From assembly GCA_964255285.1 (NCBI GenBank), contig CAXUUL010000002.1, forward strand, positions 1 to 64,000: a DNA stretch of 64,000 nucleotides. The letters are read 5' to 3'. The stretch's first letter is position 1; each line of letters begins with the position of its first letter. The translations under genes were made by a program, and so were the position numbers. The notes beneath the pieces are model-generated. The model had not been told where the DNA came from and searched no databases. It saw only the letters and a list, made by a program, of their open reading frames with translations. Shown piece by piece: positions 1-10,823 of this stretch. Source of the stretch: Ionaspis alba (Eukaryota).

Positions 1-438
1 AAAATAATATTTATTTAATTTAAATAAAATTAAAAAATCACGATAAATCGAACGAGATACAATAATAAAAATAATATTATTTATTTATTTATTATTTGAC
101 GAATATGTTCCCGGATAATAACCGTCTATCGTCTGAAATCCAAAAGTATGCAAAAACAACCGAGTCCTAAATTCCTGCTCAATCCACCATAATAGTTACA
201 CTGTCAAGCGTAATTATTATCGGTCTTTTGGCCCAGTTGGCCCCGGGGGCCCTATTCCCCGAAGGTTACAATTATAAACTATACTTATTATAGGAATTTA
301 ATAGGGTACCACAGTCCCGTTAAAAATCTTCAAAAATAAAATACATATCAATTTTTAGCCTTTTTTTGAGTAATTGTAAGGCCATCACGCAGATCAGAAG
401 GGGTTAGAATAATAATCTATTCTCTCCCTCCGAGAAAA
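1..438. repeat. AT-rich, probably RIP-degraded repeat/transposon remnant at the window edge
   Basis: The first ~100 bp are almost all A/T and TA-rich runs continue to ~430, against roughly balanced GC in the genic part. There is no ORF, and the solo LTR sits within it. Family not identifiable by eye. Confidence 0.5.
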
Positions 439-737
439 TGTTAAGGACGTGGGTGCACACGTGACCACACGTACGCCCGAACGCTGTACATCGTGGGATG
501 CCAAGCAAGAGTGCTCAGGACTACTATATAGCAACAGATGAACCCACCTCTTTCGGGGTGTGTTCAATCTCCCTTACTATCTGCTACCTATTAGAGATAC
601 TATAGCAATCATTTGGTTATCTACCCGCTTGACTAAGACTTCACTGTGTGACTGCGCTGCACTCTATCCCCGAGAACCAACCCTAGCTTTAGGGATCCGA
701 CCCGGATACAGTTAGGCTCTATCCCGGATCCGTAACA
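439..737. mobile_element. Solo LTR of an LTR retrotransposon (299 bp)
   Basis: Starts TGTTA (439) and ends TAACA (737), i.e. TG...CA with a 5-bp inverted terminus. Flanked on both sides by GAAAA (434-438 and 738-742), a 5-bp target-site duplication. TATATA-like box near 525. Confidence 0.8.
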
Positions 738-995
738 GAAAAACGGCCATGTATTATCGAATCAAAATTTTTGTACCTTCCTTACCAAAAACCCAATTCC
801 AAAAAAGTCCAGCCGAAATAATTCCCTTCTAGTAAAATGGGGGGCCCTCCAACCCATCCCCATTGAGTGGGAATTCCTAGGGAAATTGCCGTCCCATTTT
901 CCACTCCTATACTGGATGCGAATCACTCCTGTGTATTCGACACATTTTCGAACCTTCACTGAACGAACCAAAGTCACCTGTCAGGCCCGTTTCCC

Positions 996-3900
996 CTAGT
1001 TGCTGTTCATGCTGTGTACCATACGGTCCTGATCTTCTGCTCCCATCACCACTTCTGTCAACCTCCCCTTCTCCATCTCCATCTCCTTCTTGATCTGCTT
1101 ATTCCTCCTGCTGCTGCTGTTGTTATTCTCCAATCCATCCGCATCGATTGGGGTACTGGAGCTATTGGTCATTTCAACAATACTATTAGCCTTTATCTGA
1201 CGACCATTACTTGCGTTGTATGCACCGGAGATTGTCCCTTGGTCCAGTATCTGCTCTCGTTTCTTCTTCCTCCTCTTCTTTACCAGTATTCCCTCGTCGG
1301 GAATGTCTGACGTCAGCTGAACTCGTTCTGATGCACGTTGCATTTCCAAGCGCAAACGACTGACCTCCGCCAAAGCTCTGACCATCTCTGCGTCTTCGAT
1401 TACTTCTCGCTCGTTTTCGAGCTCCCTATATGCATCGCCACTGCCGACCTCCGCGAGAGCAAAGGCACCGATACCACTGGAGTCGACCTGTAGTACCGAT
1501 TTCTTGCCTACTTCTCGTCGAAGAGAGTTGAGATCTTCTGGCGACTTGGCAGTGCGAAATTTTGTGGGAGTAGCGGAATGGCCGGGGTCGAGGTCTTCCT
1601 CGGCCAAAACGCGGATTCTTTGTCGTCGATTTACCTTGGAAATTGGAAGCTCCAGTTCTGAGTTATCTCCATCTGCGACTTTCAATCCTAGATCAAGGTG
1701 CATAATGGGAATTGAATCAATGTCGACGTCTGTGCCACTACTATTCTGTATGATGTTGTGTAATGGTGTGACATTCCCGGACGGAGTATCCACTTCTGAT
1801 ATATAGAAAGGATCGTCTTTGTTCCGAGTTCGTAGCGGCGCACGATTTTTGAGGTCATGATCCGGAGTTGGTGCTCTCTCTCCTTCTGTTTGATATGTGA
1901 CAGAAAGCGTCGGATTCTCGCAAGTGTTTGCTGCAATTGATGATGTTTTTGGGTTGGAGGCTGGTGGGTAGTAGTAAAACTCGTTGATTTCAGCAGAATC
2001 TTGGTCCATATCGTGCTCTTCGTCAGAAATACGTAAAAGCTCCGAGAGATTTCTATTGAGGGGGACTGTGACGTCGAGATTGTCTGGGCCAGGGATCTTT
2101 GCCTGTGCTGTTGCTGCTATTGGGTTGAGTTCCATAGTGAAGAATAGAGACGGTATTGCTTCCGTCAGCAGTAAAGGTCCCTCCATGAGTGACTCCTGGC
2201 TTGAGATGGCTTGGGCTGCTAGTCGCATGAGCTCCAACAGCTCCACGGAGCGTTCCTGGACTTCGAGGTTCGGATGAGTTATTAATGGGATGAGATAGTG
2301 GACTACGCGTGCTAGTCGAAGAGAAACCATCGTCTGCCGCGGCACGTCCCAGCATGTGTCGTTATCGGTGAATGTCGCTGCGAGAATTTTGGGAATGGCT
2401 TGAAGATAAGCACTGATTATATCGGAGGATAGGAGGCGGATAGAAGGCAAAAGAAGAGCATCCAAGGTCAAGTTCCGATCAGGTAGGAAAATCGCATATT
2501 CTCCAACAATCCACGCGGCGTACGCCAGTACTGCTCGAGCACCGGTTCCAGAGACCTGAGCAGAGACACTATTACCGAGCGAAGTGATCAGGGAATCAGC
2601 AGCCCTTATGGCCTTTAGCCGAATGGACGATACCCTAACTGCTACGTTTTGCAGCTCAGCGCCGATTCGAGCAAATGATTCCGCGGACTCCTGAAAAAGT
2701 GGCTGACCTCCGTCGACCGTGAAATCTTTGACTGCACCACTGGAAGGAACGAGCCAGACGAGCTCTGAGAGGAGGTCGACATACCATTCAAAATCGAGAA
2801 CGTTTGCGTACGTGTTTCGTGAACACATCTCCAAGATTTGTCGGATAATGATATGTCGGTACTCGTCGGGGATTCGAAGGTTACCATCAAAACTCGAGCT
2901 TGAAGCATGAAGTGTCCTTCCAAACCCCTCTTGATCAGAGTCTGCAGCTGACTCCACGCGGCGAGAATCGACTGGGCCACTATCTTCGAGGCCACTACCT
3001 CGAGGGATTGGTGACTCTCGAAGTTGCCGCAAGAGCTGATTGACAACTGATCGTAAATTGTCAATATCGATCATGCCAGAGCTTAGGTCCAGAGCTTGCA
3101 ATCGTATCGATATGTCCGGATCGTCTATACAGTTGAGGATGACGTCCTGCTGTGTTGAAACTAGGTATGGATGTGAAGCAACTATTTTGTTGAAGGCTAA
3201 AAGTGCCACATACTTGACTACCTGTGTATCAGCTGGGGACTGTAAAGCGTTCAGTGACCTTACGATTCGGGTCACCCTCGATGGCGACCATACCCCGCAA
3301 CTTGCCAACGCACAGCGCAGCCACTTCATCGCCGTCCGCAAGGTCATCGGCTCCTTGAAGTATGCCTCCCTGGATGATACCATTGATGCATTCATAGAGA
3401 AGAGACATTGCAGGTGTCTGCCGGATCAAGTTCGTCAATGGAGGCAAAAGTTTTTTGACAAGGCGGGGTTCAAGAGGAGTCAAAGTAGCAAACTAAAGGG
3501 TTAGCTATTAGCCCATTGATGATGAGAAGGTACTTGCCAATTTGACGATCTTGATAGCCATCCAATTGTTACCTCCGTCCACGAGTAAGTCGAATAGCCT
3601 CGGGGCGAGGGGAAGGAAATCTCGAGGCCGCCGCCAGCCCAACTCACATACGACGTTGACCACTGCGGCAGTCACACTTCGATCTTCATCTGGGTCCATC
3701 AACATATCTTTGATCTTCGGCCAGGTCGGTCGAAGAACCTCAGGATACACCAGGGCCAGGCGATACAAGGTCACGATGGTCTTTTTCCGCACATTGGCAC
3801 TTGAATGCGATAGGCGGGGCATTAGATCGGTCAATATAGAGATTGCCAGAGAGGGCGTGATTATGTGTGGAAGCGTGATAAGCGGGAGTGAGATTGTGGG

Positions 3901-4403
3901 GATGGAGGAAGACGAAATGTCCTGTCATTTGGAATGAACTTTGGATTTGACGGAGAAATGCTCAGATCTGGCGCTCACCTTCTTGAGTAGATTAGTGGCC
4001 AGCATCAAAACCTCTGTGTCTGGTCTGAAGCTCTGAACAGCAGCTAAATATCCGACTCTCTTCTGCAAGTATTTCGTCGAAGACATGACTTCGAGTACGT
4101 TGAATGAAGCCCATGACATATCGTGGCCGAACATTTCGAGGTAGATTAGCTTCAGTAAGGCAGTCGCTTTGAGATCTGGGTCTGATGAGCTGGGACATGA
4201 GCGTTGGAGGTACCTTTAGACAAGGAGAACGCACCCATATCGGAGCCACGTATCTCGTTGCGACATTCTCGAAGACTGAATTGGATGTATTCTCTCTCGT
4301 TCCCCTTGTGGTTACGAAGACCACGGATGAGATCATACAAGGATTTCTCGAACCTATGATTATCAGTACAGGAGCAAATATCAGTCATGACGACCGCTTA
4401 CAT
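996..4403 (-). CDS. APL5: AP-3 adaptor complex delta subunit (multi-exon)
   Basis: Spliced N-terminus MFEKSLYDLIRGLRNHKG...LEMFGHDMSWASFNVLEVMSS...KRVGYLAAVQSF, then NNWMAIKIVKL, EPRLVKKL and KYVALLAF (adaptin N-terminal domain of delta-adaptin). Long last exon stops at 996. The start ATG is split by intron 4354-4401. Confidence 0.93.
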
Positions 4404-4983
4404 TTTCGGATGGGTCAAACTCCGGCAATACAGGATATGAGAAACAAGGCATTTATTTGCTCATGGGCGGACTCGTTCTTGGGCCTCGATTCTCAATTAG
4501 GTCACACCATTTAAAACATGATAGAATACAGCGATGCCAATTATCAAAAGACTTTGCCTGCCGGAAGATGAGAATTCGATGATGGGACAGGGATGCAGGG
4601 AGAGAAGCAGATGTAGAGGCAAAGACGACCAGTCTCTGACGAGAGGTTGACACATACAAGACCAGTCTCTACATTTGTAGTTGTTTTTATTGTGTTAGCA
4701 GAGAAGACGCTGAAAAATTATGATGGTTGTCACGGACCTACTCAGCAGGAAGGGAACAGTGGTCAACGTGGTTTACTGTACGCATATTCCTTCGGACTTA
4801 ACAGAAGTTGCCGCCGAGCCTCACATGGCAACTATCAAATACTCCAAGCAGCGTCGAAGCCTCAAGCAATAATCGCCCTGTGCACTCCCTCCTTTCCGTG
4901 ACAGTCCTTCTCCTCGTCAAACACCACTACAATAATATCTCCCAGATTCCGTATTGAAGACCACGACCTCGTCAATCTGCGTC

Positions 4984-6150
4984 ATGCCGTACGCAGAACA
5001 GGCTGCTTCGGCTGCACTTTCGTTCCCAGACGCACTGCAAGTCTCCCAGGCTGCTCCTTCGTATCTCGAGGAACGAGACGGCGAGGCTGTTTCAATACCC
5101 ATCTCGATACTGCCAACTACAGAGTCCTCAGAGCTATGGATCACCCACGAGCGCATGATACTTTCTTGCTTGTGCACCAGCGATGATAAGTCGGCGCATT
5201 TGTGTCTCGAAAGATTGATCAAGAGATTTGGGGCATCAAACGAACGGATCATGGGTCTGCGGGGCCTCTATCAAGAAGCAGTGGCAGAGAACAGGGCCGG
5301 ATTGGAACAGATATCAAAGGAGTATGACGAGTTACTGAGGGAAGACCCCACCAACATGGCCAGTGCTGCACATCGCTCCAGGCCCCCCGTTTGACTGACT
5401 CCAATTTAGCCAATATTGAAGCGCTCTATCGCACTTTTACAAAGCCTAGATACACCGCTGGAAGCAATCACTACCCTAGTGGAATTCCTAGGATCATCAC
5501 CTACAGATATAGAGGCTTGGGCTGAATTGTCTGACCTATACGTATCCCAAGCCATGTACTCGCAAGCTTCCTTCTGTCTCGAAGAAATTATCCTTATTGC
5601 GCCTCACGCTTGGAATGTAAGGCGATCCACATTTCAGTCAAGCATACAGAAGGACGTACAAGCTGACAAAGCGTGGAAGGTTCATGCTAGGTTGGGGGAA
5701 ATCCTCTACATGTCCAGTCTTGCCGGTGCCAATGCAAATGAAACAAATATCGAACGGGCTCTCGTTAACGCGACCAGACGATACTGTAGAAGCATCGAGC
5801 TGTGTGACGGCTACCTGAGGGGCTACTATGGGCTGAAGCTTGTGAGTCATGGTAAGAACCGTTCTTGGAGCTGTACCTAACCTCACGATCAACAGACGAC
5901 AGATAGGCTCATCGATAGGGCCAATGCGCCTGGTCTGCATGCGGACCTTCGTGCTGGTACTGATGCGGGCGACAATCTCCGTCTATCCATTGACAACGTC
6001 CAAAAGCTGAATAAACATGCAACAGCAAAGCTTGGGGAAATTGTGAGACGCAACAAGGCTGGAGAGATTGAATTTGCTCAATATGAAGAAGCAGACGTTG
6101 CATCCGCAAAAAAGCTCCTTGATCGGAGCACTTCGACAAGCTCAACATGA
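4984..6150 (+). CDS. EMC2: ER membrane protein complex subunit 2 (TPR protein), 4 exons
   Basis: Motifs ELWITHE..CL...DD.SAHLCLERL..RFG..NERIMGLRGLYQEA, EDPTNMPILKRSIALL, PTDIEAWAELSDLY, FCLEEI, HARLGEILY and RSIELCDGYLRGYYGLKL. The last exon reads to TGA at 6148-6150. Confidence 0.85.
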
Positions 6151-7905
6151 GCCGAGGCTGCTTTCGCATCAGTGGTCCCTCGTTCGCACTGTTGGCCCTG
6201 ATTCAAATCTTGGGACTGCATTGTCCTACTGGGATAGCGACTTGAACAGTCTGGCCCCGACAATCGCGGGGTCTTGGTTCTGGATAGCGCAGTAGCTAAT
6301 GGACCATTTGCTCGATGGCCATCACCTAACAATAGTTGATAGCATACTCGATGCACTGCAGGAAGACGCCGTGCATAAGCGCACTTCGTTGGGCATCTTT
6401 CAGGCATGAAAACGTGGCAACAGCCGACGATTGGCAGTCAGTACTGGACACGTCTTCACCGTCGTTGCCCAAAAGAGTGCGTGATCAGGGATCTGGTGGA
6501 GGTTTGGAGTTATATGGGATTTCAGGAGGCAATGCAGGTCTTGCTGCCACAAATATAGAGCTTATACATGTATACAAGTCATATATATCTCTCTCTCTCT
6601 AGTTTAGGCTGCAGACTGTTTCATGCAATGAAGCACTCACCTTGCTTGAGGAGTGGTTGGTGTATCACCCATTGCACTCATCACCGGCCCTTCGCTTTCT
6701 ACGGCGTGCTTGCAAAATCCGTGTCCGGATGATGTATCCAGATCAAGACTACTGGCAGAACAACGCCGACAATACGGGATGGTCAATTGGGTTCCTACTT
6801 TAGAGCCAAGGTCTTTCGTCCCTCTGTCTCACTTTGATTGGGATTGTGGTATGGGCTCAACCGTCGAGTAAATAATAATATGTACCTGGGATGAAGATGG
6901 CTGTTCAGTTTATATTACTGTCAAATCCGGGGAGCGGCGGACGATCGATGCCAGGAACCAGTTTTGTTGTGGCGTATCCATTCTTTTGGATTGCACGATC
7001 GGACACCAATCATTTGATCTTGGGCAGACAATAGTCTTTCTGCGCATGACAATCTTGGTGGCACCGTTATTCCGCAGGTATCTCCTCCCCATCAAACGCG
7101 CCTACAAGCACACGTTACCTGTTATCCGCAACATTCGATCATCGGCAATCTCATCTCACTACTACTACTCGCTGGCCTTTGCTGAAGCCCTCATCTGGCA
7201 AGGACCCGCCTGTCCTCTTTCCGCTTACACTCCAGCCAAAACGGCCCCCCGTGGCAAGCCCCTGCTATTGCCACGCACAAGCATCAAGCACCAATAAACT
7301 GCCCAGTATCCGCCCCTCCATAACTGTCGGCAAAACAAGTCGATCATCACATTTCTTACCACTTCCACCACCACCACCATCATCCCTTCGCACACCTGGG
7401 GTTTTTTTAGCGACATCAACAGGTCAACCGCTCAACCAACAATTAAGCAAATAACAATCCCCACTCCCAATATTCTGCTCCGACTAGCTTCTGATCTTCC
7501 TCAAACACAATCGGGTATGCTTTGCTCCATATAGCACTCCGACGAAAGCTCTCTGACCCTCGAAACCACAGCGGCCGAATCACTCCTGTTCCTCCCTTGC
7601 ATAACTCTACAGTCTTCTGCCGCACCAGCGCAAGGGCCCGAAAAGATAACCCAGTTCTGAATACAAGGAGGTCGCATGCGCTTTTCCCCGCCGACGTTCT
7701 TATCTGCCTCGAAGCCGTCGAGCTTCGCCAAAAACTCCGCGCCATCATCCCTGTCGGTATTTTGTATCGTTCTTTTCGTTGTCGTGATAATACGGGGCGC
7801 AAGCCCAGCTGGAAGATCGTCACCTTCGAGGCTATCTGTGCTCGACCTTCTCTACAATAGAGAGGTCTCGAGCTAGATAATCCCTTGAGCGCTGCACCCT
7901 CATAC

Positions 7906-9872
7906 ATGACCTCTCCGTAGGTTCTCCCATTTCCCGACATCATGGCTCTGTGTGGCAGGGAAGAAGTCACCATCTACGTGCTGTACTGACTTTACAACTT
8001 TCTTTGCAGAAACATCACGTTGACCTATAATCCGGCCAGACCACCGTCCGAACGATCCGCATCCCTGACGGACGGAGAAGACTCTTCAGGTACTGGCGTC
8101 CATCTCTCTCCACCATCCGCAAGTGGCAGCCAAGATCTCTCTGATAAAGAATACACTGATTCGGCGGAAGAGTACGACGACAGCTGGACTCAATTGAGTC
8201 GACACGACGTCGGTCCGTCGGAATCGGCATCACGGCCCGGGACCTCGAACCACCACAGGATAGTCCCCGAACCCCCTCGTCCCCAGGTCCTTCATCGCCA
8301 GTCCTCTCGGCGCGAGGCCTCGCACGTTCGGCTGCCTCATCATCCGGCTCGAATACATCGACAGCCACAGCCGTCCTCGCCCGAAAGCGTGGAATCCAAC
8401 GAGGAATATGTGGCCTATGGCCATGACCTCCCGCGTCAGAGGCGCCCATACTATCACTGGGCCCCTCCGGCGGGAGGTCCGACACATCAATACCCTCCCG
8501 GCTACAATCCGTCCTACAGTCCTTATCCCAGCTCGAGTGTCGTCCCTACGGGACAGCAGCTTGTACCCTTCGCCAGCCCATCCGGTCAATATCCTTACTC
8601 GCCATATCAGCAGGTTACCGGAGGAGCCCACGGGTATTTTGGACATGCCCATCAAGGCGCGCCACAGAGCATAGGTCATTCGCTTCAGCCACATGCGGTG
8701 CCTGGATACGGTAGTCCAGACATTCTGCAACATCCATCTTATTATCCGTACTCGCAGCAGTCGTATCCTGTTCCGCACCCCGTTGTTCCGGCGGCTGCCT
8801 TCCATGGCTATCCCACGGTCTATACGCCGCCTCCTGCAGTGCAAACAACCCCTCCCCCAGCGGAGGCTGCGAAGGATGAAGGCTACGCGAGGTTGGAGAA
8901 GATCATCATGGATGAAAAGGCGGACCGGGAAGCGAGGGACGCCGCAGCGAAGCAGGCTGAGGAAGCAGCCAGAGCCAAAGCGGAAGCAGACAAGAAGATA
9001 GCTGAAGATATTGCCAAGGCGGCGTCGGAAGCGGCAGCTGCCGCGACCACAGAGGCGGAGAAGAAAGCAGCGGAGAAGCAGGCAGAAGAGGCAGCCAAAG
9101 CCAAAGCCGAGGCAGATGCTGCGGCAGCGGCAGCGGCAGCTGCAGCAGCTGCGGCGCCTCCACCACCTCCGGAGGAGAAGAAAAAGCCCATCAAGTTCAA
9201 GGATGCGGTTGGGCGAAAGTTCAGTTTTCCGTTCCATCTCTGCAACACTTGGGAGGTAGGGTATCATTCAACCTTCCATGAGGGCATTATTTGCCCCGTG
9301 CCCTCGAGCCTTGCACTAACTCGAAGTGACAGGGCATGGAAGACTTGATCCGCCAAGCCTTCCTTCATGTGGACATCATCGGACCGCACGTGGCCGAAGG
9401 CCACTATGATCTGTTGGGACCGAACAATGAGATCATCTTGCCTCGGGTTTGGGAGACTGTGGTGGAGCCTGACTGGACCATCACGATGCACATGTGGCCC
9501 ATGCCAGAGCCCAAACCCGAAGAACCTCCTCCAATCGACGTCCCTGTCGCACCCCCGCCTCCCGAGCCCAGTAAAGGTAGGTTCAGACGAGGAAGAAAGC
9601 GTGCACCTCCACCTCCTCCCCCTCCGCCCCCACCTCCAGCCCCTGCAGCTCCACCTCCCGTGGTCGAGGTGCTTGATGTACCGGTTGACGCACACTCCGC
9701 TTCCATGCCTCCTCCTCCACCATCCCCATTGCCCGGTGCAGGTGGACTTGCCGCAGTCACGTCTAATGCTAGTTCAGGCAAGAAGAAGATATCGAGACCG
9801 GCCTACAGTTCATTGTTCTTTGGTGCGCCGCGCCAAAAGTCCAAAAGCGCCAAAGGCGCCAAGAAACCTTGA
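7906..9872 (+). CDS. Pro/Ala-rich coiled-coil protein with a fungal ubiquitin-like domain (often auto-annotated 'kinetoplast-associated protein')
   Basis: KKKPIKFKDAVGRKFSFPFHLC.TWE|GMEDLIRQAFLHVDIIGPHVAEGHYDL.GP..EIILPRVWE.VVEPDWTITMHMWP, joined across an intron at ~9256-9332. The proposed start MTSP|NITLTYNP uses intron 7917-8009 (GTAGGT...CAG); the true start is uncertain (see findings). Confidence 0.8.
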
Positions 9873-10823
9873 GCATGTCGACTCTGTTCTCCGACATCGC
9901 CGTGAAACGAGGGCCGTAAATGCTATGGCCGGCGCTAGGTGTCCTAGCGGCTGACGGATTGGGTTATTTGTGGGAAGAAACTTGACATATCTATAGACAT
10001 TTCTGGCGGGCAAGCACTATACCCAGTCCTTTTCTTTTTTACAGTCGAATTTGACGGTGTTCGAGGACTGAGATTATTTTCACAGCCTATTGTACTGGCG
10101 GAGCATTTAGGGCTGGGGGCATTTGGTTTTAGGACATAAGTGGAGCATTTGATCCATCGTTCTGGACGACGAAGCGACGCGCGGTGTCTGTGTAATTCGA
10201 GACCTCCTAATCCTTAAGCTTATCGTCCGGACTACCTAGCCCGTACGCTTGACTCGAGTGCAAGACGGCCCTTCGACCAGCGGCGAAATTGGGCCATTAT
10301 GGCACAGACGCCATAACGACCCTCGGTTACAAGTTCTCATAAGCAATGCGCCAGTCCTGGTCTGGATCAGTCATTGAGGGACAACAGCAGAATTCCATTC
10401 TAGTGTCATACAACGACTGTTACCTGCGAGGACATCGTGATGACTCGAACCCTCTTATGATATGTAGTGGCTCCCTCAACCTCAATCGAGCAAGACCGTA
10501 TAGATAGCTGAATGGCTCATGAACACTGAAAAATCGATGAACCTGATGTACGTCCGAGCAAGAGCTGTACATGCTGGCATGATTGCGTTCCATACACATT
10601 AGCGCTCCTGGCCGTTGTACAGCAGACTTTGCAAAGACATAATTCAGCCAACCATCAGGATATATTGAACTCGATCTCCTGTCATGTCAATGATAGTTGC
10701 CAAAACTCTGCGTTTAATTAAACAGAAGGTGTGCAACCTTAGTCCGCCATTACGAGCAACGACTAAATATACGACAATGAAGTGCTAGGCAGAATTTTCT
10801 CCACCAACTTTAGACGAAAGCAC

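Noticed and set aside
762..977. 71-aa ORF next to the LTR as a transposon protein
   Set aside because: No recognisable gag, pol or transposase motif, no ATG start, and short.
8230..9267. 345-aa antisense ORF over the Ala/Pro-rich gene
   Set aside because: Shadow frame of GC-rich, low-complexity codons; the conserved domain is on the + strand. The same applies to most short overlapping ORFs in the track.
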